IMG/VR virus record: IMGVR_UViG_3300032893_000007
Reading direction: 5' to 3' (one strand)
Origin: an uncultured virus (IMG/VR IMGVR_UViG_3300032893_000007)
Taxonomy: Duplodnaviria; Heunggongvirae; Uroviricota; Caudoviricetes
Length of the DNA: 60,552 nucleotides
The translations under genes and the position numbers were made by a program. Below, piece by piece: positions 19,371 to 29,000 of the stretch; positions within the stretch are counted from its first letter, which is position 1, and each line of letters opens with the position of its first letter. The notes under the pieces were generated by a model that was given only the letters and a program-made list of their open reading frames with translations, did not search any database and was not told where the DNA came from.

Positions 19371-19670
19371 TCAGCTCCTCTCTCGCCTCGCCGAGAGCCC
19401 AGATCGAGGCTGACCTAGCTGTCCCACGTACAGCCGTCGTGAGGCCAGGTCTACGACCTGCCCATCGCGACAGGCCCGCAGCACCTCGGACGAGAGCCTG
19501 TAACCCGGGCAGTTGACGAGCAGCTCGCCCTCGGAGGCTCCGCACGCCGAGCACACGAGGAATCCGCCGTCGCAGATCGGACAGTACCGGTCGGCATGTT
19601 CCGGACAAAAGCGCTCCTCGCAGGGCGAGAAGTCGTGCGGGAAGCGCAGGATGGGCAGCACGTCACCCAC
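19371..19670 (-). CDS. Cys-rich phage protein
   Basis: CPICDGG...CSACGASEGEL...CPG. Confidence 0.65.
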   Translation of the reverse strand: MGDVLPILRFPHDFSPCEERFCPEHADRYCPICDGGFLVCSACGASEGELLVNCPGYRLSSEVLRACRDGQVVDLASRRLYVGQLGQPRSGLSARRERS

Positions 19671-20058
19671 GTCCGAGCCTCGCAGCCAGGTTTGCGATCT
19701 TCTCCGGATGGGGACTGAAGGCCCACGCGATCATCGCCAGGTGGCGCCGCGTCGGGTTGCCGTAGACGTCGAAGAGGGGCTCTCCCCGCACCTCGACCTG
19801 GGCCGTGTGCCGGGCGACGAAACCCTCTCTCTTGACCACCCAGTAGGAGTCGAGGTCTCTCGACCTTCCGTTCACCGCCTTGTACGCGGTGAGAAAACCG
19901 CGCGGCGACCGAGCGACCTCGGAGACGTGACGTCGCCTCATCATACCCTCGAACTTATCGATGATGTGAAGTGGTAAGAACTTATGCACGTCGCGACTCC
20001 TAGTCAAAAACCTGTTGAGCTTCAGCGTCTCGGTCCGACGTTCGTGTGTTTCTCTCAA
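19663..20058 (-). CDS. basic hypothetical protein
   Basis: VSEVARSPRGFLTAY...FVARH...PTRRHLAMIAWAFSP. Confidence 0.65.
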   Translation of the reverse strand: MRETHERRTETLKLNRFLTRSRDVHKFLPLHIIDKFEGMMRRRHVSEVARSPRGFLTAYKAVNGRSRDLDSYWVVKREGFVARHTAQVEVRGEPLFDVYGNPTRRHLAMIAWAFSPHPEKIANLAARLGRG

Positions 20059-20351
20059 CGTCTTCCGCGCTGTCGCAACTCGCGCGGCACAAAGATGGGA
20101 GCGGCTACCAGGAAGGCTACTGGAACGTGCAAAAGAGACGGCCGGTAGTGACCGGTGATCTGCTTACCCTGTGGCACTGGACCAGTCTTGACGACGTCGA
20201 CGTCCCAGGGACGACCTGCCGCTATCGCGAGCCTGCGTTGCCTTGCTTCACCCATCTACGTGCCTCGATAGAGCCTCCGGTGGACCTGTCCCAACCAACG
20301 AAAACCACACCACGTTGCAGGACAGGCCCGACCGGCGGCCGGAATCTTTAC

Positions 20352-20615
20352 CTACGCGGCCTTGCCGGCGATGACCGGAATGCCTTGGCGGATCACGCTG
20401 ACCAGCACGTCGGTGGCGACGCTGGGCTTCTCTTGCTGCTCCATCATGATGATCTGGGCCAAGGTCTGGGCCGTGAGATCGGTGCCCGTCTCGTTGTCCA
20501 CCACGACGAATTCTTCTCCCGTTCGGACCATCTTTGCGATATCGCCGAGCCTGACGTATTGGCTGTCGGTCGTGTCGTACAACTTCCGGTTCGCGTAGCG
20601 CTTGATATGCCTCAT
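20352..20615 (-). CDS. PhaR-type (PHB accumulation regulator) DNA-binding domain protein
   Basis: IKRYANRKLYDT.DSQYV.L.DI...V..GEEFVVVDNETG.DLT..TLAQII. Confidence 0.9.
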   Translation of the reverse strand: MRHIKRYANRKLYDTTDSQYVRLGDIAKMVRTGEEFVVVDNETGTDLTAQTLAQIIMMEQQEKPSVATDVLVSVIRQGIPVIAGKAA

Positions 20616-20651
20616 CGATCATCCTTTCCGTCCGGACCACCACGTCCGGCA

Positions 20652-20728
20652 TGATGCGAACGCTATATTCAAAGAGTCAAAAGAAAAAAGCAAGCGGAAA
20701 AATAACTAGATGTCAAAAGTACAAAAAC
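20652..20728 (-). promoter_or_regulatory. AT-rich promoter region upstream of PhaR-like gene
   Basis: TTGACA (20711-20716) and TTGACT (20675-20680) in an AT-rich gap; -10 elements weak. Confidence 0.5.
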
Positions 20729-20730
20729 GT

Positions 20731-21069
20731 TCAAGTTTTCGTCGGGACTCCCGGAGCAGAAACGTTCACCTTGGACCTCTCGTGTAGGCGTTCTCTCCGT
20801 CTCATGAGGTCTTCGAGGTAGTCTTCGAGCTCGTCTTTGGTGAGCTCGAGCATGACCACGACGTCCATGTCGAGCGAGCGGTGGAACTCGTCGCACCCCC
20901 GGTACCTCGTCGCCCTCCAGATCCTCCACTTCGCCCGGAGCCTCCTCGCCATCCTGAACGGCCACCAGGTATCCATGAGCTGCCACGCCAGCTTGAGGCT
21001 CATCTTCCGCTTGACCACGCGCGAGGCGAACACGAGCGGCAGTAGGAGCTCCTCGCAGAAGCGCTCCAT
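20731..21069 (-). CDS. hypothetical protein
   Basis: ORF from MERFCEE; TGATG overlap. Confidence 0.55.
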   Translation of the reverse strand: MERFCEELLLPLVFASRVVKRKMSLKLAWQLMDTWWPFRMARRLRAKWRIWRATRYRGCDEFHRSLDMDVVVMLELTKDELEDYLEDLMRRRERLHERSKVNVSAPGVPTKT

Positions 21070-21809
21070 CACGTGGCAGCCGGCCAGGCCGAGGCGACGG
21101 CGAGGAAGCGCTCGACCCTGCCGAGGTCGAACTTCTTCTCGTCGAACGAGCGCAAGTAGGTCTCGGCGTCGATCCAGTAAGACCTCACCGTCGCGTCCGA
21201 GCAGACCACCTCGAGCTTGGCGATCTGCCCGGCGACGTTTTCCGGGGAGAGGCCGCCGGCGAAGCCGCAGTAGACTTCCGGGAGCGGGACGGGCCACTCG
21301 GACGGCAAGATCCCGGCCCCGTGCGAGACGTCGAAGAGGGTCGCGACGTCGAACTTGAGTCCTGCCCGCCGGCCCGCCAGCACGAGGTCGAAGAGGTCGT
21401 CGTTCGCGCCGTCGCGCTGGAAGATGACCTGCACGCCGTGCTCGGCGCAGGTCACGAGGTTCCGCCGGAGGTTGCGAAGATAGGTGACGTGCGGCTCGGC
21501 GTGCGTGTTGAGCTGGATCCTCCGATAGTGCGAGGGCAGCTCGGACAGGACACCCGACAAGAACTCGGGGACGTACTCCCCGCAGAGGTGCGCCGCAAAC
21601 TTCGGTGCGCAGGGCCCCGCCTGCAGGGCCATGGCTTCGAGCTCCGCGACCCACCTGTGCGACGGGAAGCGAGGCTTGCCCGGGTGATTGTCGTAGAGGA
21701 TCCCGAACTCGACGAGCGGGTACCTCCCGGCGAGCTCGAAGAGGTGGCCGGGCTCGACCGAGTCGTCCGCGCCGGTGACCGTGATGCGATCCAGTTTTGA
21801 CATGTTCAA
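21069..21809 (-). CDS. phosphoribosylanthranilate-isomerase-like TIM barrel
   Basis: ITVTGADD, RIQLN, LFDVSHGAG, GFAGGLSPENV, WIDAET. Confidence 0.75.
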   Translation of the reverse strand: MNMSKLDRITVTGADDSVEPGHLFELAGRYPLVEFGILYDNHPGKPRFPSHRWVAELEAMALQAGPCAPKFAAHLCGEYVPEFLSGVLSELPSHYRRIQLNTHAEPHVTYLRNLRRNLVTCAEHGVQVIFQRDGANDDLFDLVLAGRRAGLKFDVATLFDVSHGAGILPSEWPVPLPEVYCGFAGGLSPENVAGQIAKLEVVCSDATVRSYWIDAETYLRSFDEKKFDLGRVERFLAVASAWPAAT

Positions 21810-22033
21810 TTCACTCTCCTTTCAAGATTGGTAGATCATCCTTTGTTGATTCCATCGTGGTCCCTTCTCCTCGCACTAAAGAACGTCGCTACGACTGTTG
21901 AAGGTCTGCAAAACGACGAGGCACATGATCGGCTCGAGTCCGTCGGACACGGCCTCGTTGGCCGTCTCGGTCACTTTTCGGTCGGCAAGCTTCAGCGTCT
22001 GGGCTCTGTGGTCCAGTATCTTAGGAGCATTAG

Positions 22034-22663
22034 TCACCTCGTCCACCTTCCCGGCAGTTCCGAACGACGGTCGACCGCCTTCCCGGCCACCATGGCCCTC
22101 ACGTAAAGAGAAGACGTTCCGACGTTCTCGAACACTCCGAGGACAATCACCTCACCGACCTCGTAGCGCCTCTTGGGATAGAAGTCGAGTTGCTGCACCC
22201 TCGCGTGCTCGGGTCGCAAGATCAGGCTGGCCGGCACCTTCCTGCCGGCCCCCGGCGCCCAGACGTCCTCCAAGATCTGATCGTGGTGGAAGAAGAGCCT
22301 GGGCGTCTTCGTGACCTGATCGTAGGTCACTTCGTCCGGTACCATGACGTAGTCGAGCTGGACCTGACACGTCATCGGGAGCGTCGCCAGCTCGGCCTTC
22401 TCCCCCGGCGCGAGCTCGCGGTTCGCTCCTATGAAGACGCTCATCAGCTTGCCGGGCAGGAGGTCGGTCATCCCCCCGAACCTGTCGGACATGATCTTCT
22501 CGTGGCCCTCCGGGGAGCGGAGAGCGTCGACCCTCTCCTCGATCTTGACCCGGCATTCCTTCAGGTCTTCTTCGCCCTGATCGAGATTTTTCAGATGGGT
22601 CTCTCCCATCTTCGCGGTCTCGTCGTACGTGCGGCACAACTGTGCGATCGTGAGCTTCGACAT
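22034..22663 (-). CDS. coiled coil plus C-terminal beta-sandwich family domain
   Basis: LAPGE...VMVP...KVPA...FENVG...VRAMVAG. Confidence 0.65.
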   Translation of the reverse strand: MSKLTIAQLCRTYDETAKMGETHLKNLDQGEEDLKECRVKIEERVDALRSPEGHEKIMSDRFGGMTDLLPGKLMSVFIGANRELAPGEKAELATLPMTCQVQLDYVMVPDEVTYDQVTKTPRLFFHHDQILEDVWAPGAGRKVPASLILRPEHARVQQLDFYPKRRYEVGEVIVLGVFENVGTSSLYVRAMVAGKAVDRRSELPGRWTR

Positions 22664-22872
22664 CGTCGTTGTTCCCTTCCGGTTTCAACCTGGTCGCTTC
22701 CGCGCGACCTTCGATCTGCGGGCGGACCTGAGGAGGTAGGAGCGCACCTCGTCGGCGATCTCCCTCGATACGCAGCCGTCCGGATCCCACGCTAAGATCG
22801 GCTCCACCAGCCGGCAGAGAACTCTCTTCTCGGGAACCCGGACATAGAAAACACTTCTTCGCCGGCTCGCCA

Positions 22873-24009
22873 TCAGAGGATCTTCCCGTCGGAAGTCCTC
22901 ACCCGCACAAAGTAGGAGCGCGGGACCACGTCCTCCGCATGCTCCCAGACGAGGACGTGCGAGTGCGGCAGATGGCCCTGCCACTCGGAGGTCCATCCTC
23001 CCGAGTCGACGCACGCGAATGGCACGCCGCAGGCGACGAGCGTCTTGAAGGTCCCGAGGTGGTCGTGGCCGAAGGTCACGCACGAGGGACGCTCGAAGGC
23101 CGGATGGGGCTCTCCCTGACGGAGCGAGCCGACCGGCGTCGGGAGATACGGGTCCATGACGAGCACGTCGAGGAGCCAGGGCAAGTTTATCTGGTAGCCC
23201 TGCCCGGCCGGCGGGGCGTCGGCCGAGAGCATGGACGCGTCCATCTGGTAGTACCCGTCGACCGGGAAGGCCGGCTGCCAGGCGCAGGCCTGCGGGTGCT
23301 CGAGCCGGCGCATGACGTAGTTCGCGTAGGTAAAATCACGAGGCGAGTACCTCCTCCACATGTGCAGGATGAAGTCGAGGGTGGTCTCGGCGACCGCCCT
23401 GAGCGACCCGACCTTCTCGGACTCCGTCGCGACCGCGGGTCTTTTGCACCCGAGCGCGCTCAAGAACTCGTACTTCGCGGACGACTCCCACCCGAGCACG
23501 AGCGGGTCTAGGAGATGCCCGTGGGTAGTCACGAGCATCGGGTAGTCAGAGCCGACCGACCTATCCCAGTAGAGGGGATACGCGACCGTGAGCTTTCCCG
23601 CGAAGCCGGGCAGGAAGAGCTTCCAGGGCCACGTCGAGGCGTCCGCGGGCCTGCCCTCGTAGGACGTTACGGCTGAGATCCCGCCGGTCATGTCGGCGAA
23701 CCACTTCCAAACGGACAGGTCGTGGTTGCCCGGTATCCACACGACCTCGTCCACCTTAACCTCGCGGAAGAGGGCGCCGAAGAAGTTGCTCGCCGCCTCG
23801 TGTACCGAGAGCGCGAGTCCCTCGCACATCTCGGCCATGTCGCCCGGTACGCACTCCTCCACGGCGTCGCCGGCGAGAACGAGCTTGCCGACCTCTCCCC
23901 CGCTCAGCGAGGCAAGCTGCCTCACGGCGGACGCTGCAACAGTAGGGTTCGACAGGACGGAGCGTGGGTCTCCGAGGTGCAGGTCCGACATCTGGAGTCT
24001 GGCGATCAT
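22873..24009 (-). CDS. calcineurin-like metallophosphoesterase
   Basis: SDLHLG, LAGD, PGNHD, THGH, FGHDH. Confidence 0.88.
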   Translation of the reverse strand: MIARLQMSDLHLGDPRSVLSNPTVAASAVRQLASLSGGEVGKLVLAGDAVEECVPGDMAEMCEGLALSVHEAASNFFGALFREVKVDEVVWIPGNHDLSVWKWFADMTGGISAVTSYEGRPADASTWPWKLFLPGFAGKLTVAYPLYWDRSVGSDYPMLVTTHGHLLDPLVLGWESSAKYEFLSALGCKRPAVATESEKVGSLRAVAETTLDFILHMWRRYSPRDFTYANYVMRRLEHPQACAWQPAFPVDGYYQMDASMLSADAPPAGQGYQINLPWLLDVLVMDPYLPTPVGSLRQGEPHPAFERPSCVTFGHDHLGTFKTLVACGVPFACVDSGGWTSEWQGHLPHSHVLVWEHAEDVVPRSYFVRVRTSDGKIL

Positions 24010-24030
24010 GGCGTGTTCCTTTCGTTGGTA

Positions 24031-24471
24031 TTAGGCGTTCTCGGACGAACGAAGCAGATCTATGCTCAAGTTGAGCTCGGCGTCGGTCATGCCGGCGACC
24101 TTCACGCCCGAGGCGTGGGCGACGATGCGGACCACGACGGGGTTCCTGAGGAGCGAGAGGACGGCGTCCTGCAGCTGCTCGACGTTGTTCGCCGTGATGT
24201 GCTGCCCCGGCCCATCGACCTTCACCGAGAAGCCCTCAGGACTCGCGAGCTCCATCGCGGCGACCACGTAGTACACGTCAAGGCGGTTGCGGACGAGGAG
24301 CGCTCGGTCCACCCAGACTACGTCGACGGGACTCGGCAGCATCCCCGACACATCGCGGGAAGCCTGCTGGAGCAAGATGCCGACAAGCTTGTCGATGCGT
24401 GCGGCGCAACAGTTGGCGGGCATCACCTTCGACAGTCCCTCGTAGAAAGCCACGGCGCATTTCATGTTCAT
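24031..24471 (-). CDS. hypothetical protein
   Basis: 146-aa ORF with AAAGGA RBS after an AT-rich gap. Confidence 0.65.
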   Translation of the reverse strand: MNMKCAVAFYEGLSKVMPANCCAARIDKLVGILLQQASRDVSGMLPSPVDVVWVDRALLVRNRLDVYYVVAAMELASPEGFSVKVDGPGQHITANNVEQLQDAVLSLLRNPVVVRIVAHASGVKVAGMTDAELNLSIDLLRSSENA

Positions 24472-24603
24472 GTCCTTTCTTAAGTAGTACGAGCATGATG
24501 CTATCGGTTTTTTGCCGACAATCTCCTCTTTATACCCCGCACTTTCACACTGAAATCGTCGAGAGCTTCCACTCCCTCATACTTGGCCACGTCGTAGAGG
24601 AAA

Positions 24604-25152
24604 TCACACGTGACGAGCACCCTCCTCTTCGGCTCGGCGTATTAAGACAGCACGGTCGGCGTCGCGCTGCTGGAAGTGAGCTGCAAGCTCCGACTCCTCG
24701 TTTCGGTAGCTCTCGACCTGTCGCTCGAGGTCTCGCAGGTGCTCGATATCTACCTGACACGCCGGTACCGACCCCTGCGTCGCTCCGAAGTGCTCCCGAG
24801 CCGACTTTTCGCTGGTCAGGAGCTCCTGGCAGTGAAAGCACCGCCACGACCTCGACTCCACCTCCGCGCGGGTCACCACGCAAGCCACCCCGTCACAGTC
24901 TACGCAGGGCTCCGAGTCTCCGAGCTCGTATCCCTCCTCCTGGACCGGCTCGACGGCACCGCAGAGGGAGCAGTACCAACAGAGGCTGCTCGTCTTCGAG
25001 ACGGCTCGTCCGAGCTCTCCCGTGACCGCCGCGAGCAGCTCCCGCAACCGCAGGGCGTAGTACCCGAGCTTCCGGGCCTTGACCTGCCACCACTCGAGGT
25101 CGTCGGCTAACGACTCGTATGCCGCTCGACTCACTACCACGTCCTTCTTCAC
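24604..25152 (-). CDS. Zn-finger and coiled-coil phage protein
   Basis: CSLC, CVDC, WRCFHC...AREHFG. Confidence 0.7.
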   Translation of the reverse strand: MKKDVVVSRAAYESLADDLEWWQVKARKLGYYALRLRELLAAVTGELGRAVSKTSSLCWYCSLCGAVEPVQEEGYELGDSEPCVDCDGVACVVTRAEVESRSWRCFHCQELLTSEKSAREHFGATQGSVPACQVDIEHLRDLERQVESYRNEESELAAHFQQRDADRAVLIRRAEEEGARHV

Positions 25153-25460
25153 GACGGACTTCCCCTTCCCTTGACGTCGTGACTACCTCCGTCCATCACG
25201 TCCACGTGGGGAAACTTCTTCGTGAAGCTCGTGAGAGTCTCGACCAGCTCTTTTTTGAGATCGTCCGTCGTCGGTGGTCCCTCGCCAAGTACCCTCGAAA
25301 CGGACGCCTTCACCAGCGTGTAGTCGAAGGTCTGTGCGGCCACCACGACCAATAAGCCGCGCCGCTCAAAGTGGAGCTTGAGGTCCGTGAGGATCCCCTC
25401 CATGAACGCGAGGTCTTCGAGAGCTCCCTCGGCTGACCGCACCTGATCTTTCTCGCTCAC
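25149..25460 (-). CDS. hypothetical protein
   Basis: 103-aa ORF, coupled. Confidence 0.6.
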   Translation of the reverse strand: MSEKDQVRSAEGALEDLAFMEGILTDLKLHFERRGLLVVVAAQTFDYTLVKASVSRVLGEGPPTTDDLKKELVETLTSFTKKFPHVDVMDGGSHDVKGRGSPS

Positions 25461-25557
25461 GCTCCACCTACTTTCTTTCCGAGCTCGACGAGCACCGCTC
25501 GGACGGCCTCGCGGATGGTTTTCCCCGCACCTGAAGTCCTCTCATTCCTTAAAGACG

Positions 25558-26316
25558 TCATTTCTCCTCCGCCTCGTCCTCGACGTAGCCAAGCTTCTCG
25601 CAGGTCGTGACGAGCCTCGCCCGGGCGAGGTCGTTAACCGCCATGCCGGCCGTCCAGATGCTGACCTGTCCGTCGCTCCAGATCGTGAGCCTGTAGTAGG
25701 TCGGCCTCCTCACGTACCCGATTCTCTGCACTGCCTTCGCCGACGGCGCCCGACCCCGGTAGACGAGCGTCGCCCGCTTGTCGGCGAGCATCCTGGCCGG
25801 AACCTGACCCCGATGGCGCTCCGCCACCTCCCGGCATCTCTCAACCAAGATCGAAACCTCCCGAGCCTCCACTCGCCCGACGGTATGCACTCGCACGTCT
25901 CCGTCGTCGTAGACCTCCAAGTAGAGGTGATCGGGCAGCCGGAACGCGCCCATGTGCTTGACATTCTCGCTCCCCTGCACCGAGAGCTGCAGGAGGATCT
26001 TGGCCGGCTCGCCGGCTTGAGAAGGACCTCGTCGACCCTCCAAGACTGTCCGAGGCGGAAGAGGATTGTAGTTGAAGGCGGGGCGCACGTCGAGCTGCGC
26101 CTGCTTGTCGCTGCCGAGGTAGTAGACCTCCTGGACCCTCGACATGTGTTCAAGGTCGTTGTACTTCTTAACCACCTCGCGGATCTCCTCGCCGGCCATC
26201 ACGTACACCGGGCGGTCGACGTATTCGTAGGTGTCGCAGACCACGACCATGTGCGTGGCCTTCCGGCGCACTCCCTCGTCGAACCACCCCGAGATCGTCT
26301 CCAAGCTCGCACTCAC
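25558..26316 (-). CDS. hypothetical phage protein with internal C-terminal repeat
   Basis: ATHMVVVCDTY N-domain; LxVYxDGxVxVxT-like segment twice. Confidence 0.7.
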   Translation of the reverse strand: MSASLETISGWFDEGVRRKATHMVVVCDTYEYVDRPVYVMAGEEIREVVKKYNDLEHMSRVQEVYYLGSDKQAQLDVRPAFNYNPLPPRTVLEGRRGPSQAGEPAKILLQLSVQGSENVKHMGAFRLPDHLYLEVYDDGDVRVHTVGRVEAREVSILVERCREVAERHRGQVPARMLADKRATLVYRGRAPSAKAVQRIGYVRRPTYYRLTIWSDGQVSIWTAGMAVNDLARARLVTTCEKLGYVEDEAEEK

Positions 26317-26332
26317 GTCGTCGTCCCTCCCT

Positions 26333-26809
26333 TCACGTCCTCACGAGCAGCTGGACGGCGAAGTCGGCGCCGTCCGTCGGACGGGCGCTTGCCCTCTGCC
26401 GGTTGCCGGCCCGGCGCTTCTGCTCGTCCGTCCTCAAGCGGCCGCCGAGGTCGGGAGTGCGGCACGTCAGGACCCGTACGCTTCCGGTACGCGGACCCTT
26501 CGCCAAGACGACGTACCACCGGCGGAGCTCCAGGCGCCGCAGGACCATCCGCGCCGCCTCGTCATCCACGGCGACAAGTCCCACCGGCACGTCCGCGTAG
26601 GTCTCCACCGTCTCCTGACTCTCGGGACCCGTCAAGATCGCCTGCATCGAGGAGAACCCTTTCTTCTTGGCGTTCACGTCTGAGCAGGCCACCAAGTAGG
26701 TCCCCGGCGACGTCCGACGGACCGCAAGTCCTCTCAGCTCGTACCGACGGAGTCCCCCGGTACCGTGCTCGAGCTGGGCGTGGTACATCTTGAACTGGAC
26801 TGACTTCAT
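26333..26809 (-). CDS. hypothetical protein
   Basis: GGAGG RBS before MKSVQFK. Confidence 0.6.
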   Translation of the reverse strand: MKSVQFKMYHAQLEHGTGGLRRYELRGLAVRRTSPGTYLVACSDVNAKKKGFSSMQAILTGPESQETVETYADVPVGLVAVDDEAARMVLRRLELRRWYVVLAKGPRTGSVRVLTCRTPDLGGRLRTDEQKRRAGNRQRASARPTDGADFAVQLLVRT

Positions 26810-27495
26810 CTGAGGACCTCCCGGCCGCCCGCCAGGTAGCGGTCGAGGGCCGAACGCGAGCTCGAGCTCGAGAGGAGCTCGCCCACCAGGTCCCCGAGCT
26901 GTCCCTCGGGGAGGTCGCACGAGATAGCGTCGACCCCCGAGGCGACCCTCGCCACCAGGCGGCCGAGGGTGTGCGCCGAGGGTCTGTAGCCCTCGTCGTA
27001 GTACTTGAAGAGCCGGAGGAAGCTCCCGCCCTCGTCACCCTCTTCTCGCCGGTCCGGACACGAGTACACGAGCCTCCTGTCTCTCAAATCGCCGTAGAAC
27101 CTGTCGCACGCCTGACCCACGAGCTTGCCGTCGCTGTCGTACCAGATACCCGCCTGGCACACCGTGAAGTCGAGGATCCTCACGAGATCTTCCGGATGCT
27201 CGAAAGACCACCGGAAGATGAACTCGACGTTGAACCTCTTCCCGAACACCGTCACGCGATCTTTCTCCACCCGCACGGCTCCGGGATGGTCCACCACGTT
27301 CCGCACGAGGTTCTGGGCCGTCTTCGCCGAGGGAACAAACACGTCGACGTCGTCCGTACACCTCCCCGACAGGAGCGAGCGCACGAACCCCCCGGCGACG
27401 ACCACCTCCCCGGAGCGGCTCCTCATGACCTCCTTGAGGTCTGAAGGCAGCTGACACTCGCACCTGTAGACGTCCTCGCTCTTGAGACTGATCAT
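26806..27495 (-). CDS. nucleotidyltransferase (CCA-adding/poly(A) polymerase head-like)
   Basis: VVAGGFVRS...DDVDVF, DFTVCQAG. Confidence 0.8.
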   Translation of the reverse strand: MISLKSEDVYRCECQLPSDLKEVMRSRSGEVVVAGGFVRSLLSGRCTDDVDVFVPSAKTAQNLVRNVVDHPGAVRVEKDRVTVFGKRFNVEFIFRWSFEHPEDLVRILDFTVCQAGIWYDSDGKLVGQACDRFYGDLRDRRLVYSCPDRREEGDEGGSFLRLFKYYDEGYRPSAHTLGRLVARVASGVDAISCDLPEGQLGDLVGELLSSSSSRSALDRYLAGGREVLR

Positions 27496-27505
27496 GGGAT
27501 CCTCC

Positions 27506-28219
27506 TCAAAAATTCTCGCGGCTCCCGTCGGCCATGTAGTCGGTGCCGTCCGACGACCTGTCGGCCTCGAGGAGCAGCCTCGTCAGCACGACGGCTAGCG
27601 CGGCCTCGCGCTGCCGCCGAGCCTCCGCGTCCTCCGACGTGGGCCCCGTCGCGGCGAACAGCCGGGCCGCCACCTTGCCGAGGCTCCCGAAGGAGATCTT
27701 GTAGCCCTTCTGGTAGTACTTGAGCACGCGCAAGAAGCTCGCCCCGGCCTCCTCGTCCCTCACCGGGCTCGAGTAGGCGAGGCGCTTGTAGTGAACATCC
27801 TCGTAGAAGCGACTACCTGCGATGCCTCGCGCGGTCCCCAAGCCGTCGTACCAGAGGACCGCCTGGCAGACGCTGAAGTCGAAGCTCTCGACGAGCTCGG
27901 CCGGCGACGCGAACGACCAGCGGTGGACGAGCTGCACCGGGTACTTGTAGGTCGAGGAGGCGACCACGGTGACCGCGCTCTTCCCCCTGAGCAGTCGGCC
28001 CCTGCCCTGGTCGAGCCTCTCGGCGGCCCCGAGGGCGAGCTCCTTACTCGCCGCGAACACGTCGACGTCGCGCACCTCCTCCTTCGCCACCACCGCGCGC
28101 AGGAGACCCCCGGCGACGACCAGCTCGCCGGGATGCTCCCTCATGAGCGTGGCGAGCTCCGGCGACAGGTAGGTGAGGGCGTTTGAAAGATCTGCGGGAC
28201 GCAACTCCACTATGTTCAC
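27506..28219 (-). CDS. nucleotidyltransferase, tandem paralog of 26806-27495
   Basis: VVAGGLLRA...RDVDVF, FDFSVCQA, SFLRVLKYY. Confidence 0.8.
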   Translation of the reverse strand: MNIVELRPADLSNALTYLSPELATLMREHPGELVVAGGLLRAVVAKEEVRDVDVFAASKELALGAAERLDQGRGRLLRGKSAVTVVASSTYKYPVQLVHRWSFASPAELVESFDFSVCQAVLWYDGLGTARGIAGSRFYEDVHYKRLAYSSPVRDEEAGASFLRVLKYYQKGYKISFGSLGKVAARLFAATGPTSEDAEARRQREAALAVVLTRLLLEADRSSDGTDYMADGSRENF

Positions 28220-28611
28220 TTCGCACCTCCAGGCTCGCCGCCGTCCTGCACGACGGCGTCGATCTTCTTCACGAGGGTATCCAACTTCTGTCGGCGGTAG
28301 GCGTCGGCCACCGCCCTGCAATACCGGTCAGCCTTCTCGCCGTGTGGCAGCTGGTGCCCATCGATGTACAGTCGATTGCCGTCCTGCACCTCGATGATGT
28401 CGAACGTCCTGCGCCTCACGTCACCCTTCCACCTCGGGTCTTCCGGCACGGGCAGGACGAGCTCGCCGAACACGTTGATGCGCTCAAAGTCAAACGACTT
28501 GGACCTCCTGTTCCGCCCGATCTTCCAGGACCTCAGCGCTCGTCGCCCGACGGTCAGCAAGATCCCGGCGAAGATCCCCGCGGCGAAGACGAGCGCGTAT
28601 CTGCCGATCAC
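28216..28611 (-). CDS. membrane-anchored protein
   Basis: N-terminal TM; NVFGELVLPVPEDPRW...LYIDGHQLP. Confidence 0.7.
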   Translation of the reverse strand: MIGRYALVFAAGIFAGILLTVGRRALRSWKIGRNRRSKSFDFERINVFGELVLPVPEDPRWKGDVRRRTFDIIEVQDGNRLYIDGHQLPHGEKADRYCRAVADAYRRQKLDTLVKKIDAVVQDGGEPGGAK

Positions 28612-29000
28612 GACGAGCTCCCGATCTTTTCGCCGCCGGCCGACAACTGCCCCTGTACGGAAGCGTCGACCTTCCTGACGAGCTGATCGTGCGCCTCCCT
28701 GAGAGCCGCCTCCACCACGGCCACGCAGTACCTCGAGCTTTGTACGTCGGCCGGCAGCTGCCGGCCGTCAACGTAGAGACTGTGGCCCTCCAAGACCGCG
28801 ATGAACCCAAGACGTCGCCTGCCAAGCGGACCAGACCACCTCGGATCGTCCGGCGTGGGCAGGACGAAATCTCCGCACACGTTCAGCGGACTCTCGAGCA
28901 ATCGCCGGTTCCTCCAGATCTTGGGCAGTTCGATCAGGAGGACGATCGCCGCTCCAACCAAGATCCCATCTACGAAAGCTGCCACCACCTCTCCATTCAC
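28608..29000 (-). CDS. membrane-anchored protein, tandem paralog of 28216-28611
   Basis: N-terminal TM; NVCGDFVLPTPDDPRW...LYVDGRQLP. Confidence 0.7.
   Translation of the reverse strand: MNGEVVAAFVDGILVGAAIVLLIELPKIWRNRRLLESPLNVCGDFVLPTPDDPRWSGPLGRRRLGFIAVLEGHSLYVDGRQLPADVQSSRYCVAVVEAALREAHDQLVRKVDASVQGQLSAGGEKIGSSS

Noticed and set aside
21069..21809. Functional trpF as part of tryptophan biosynthesis
   Set aside because: Only the fold-level motifs match and no other trp genes are present, so no gene symbol was assigned.
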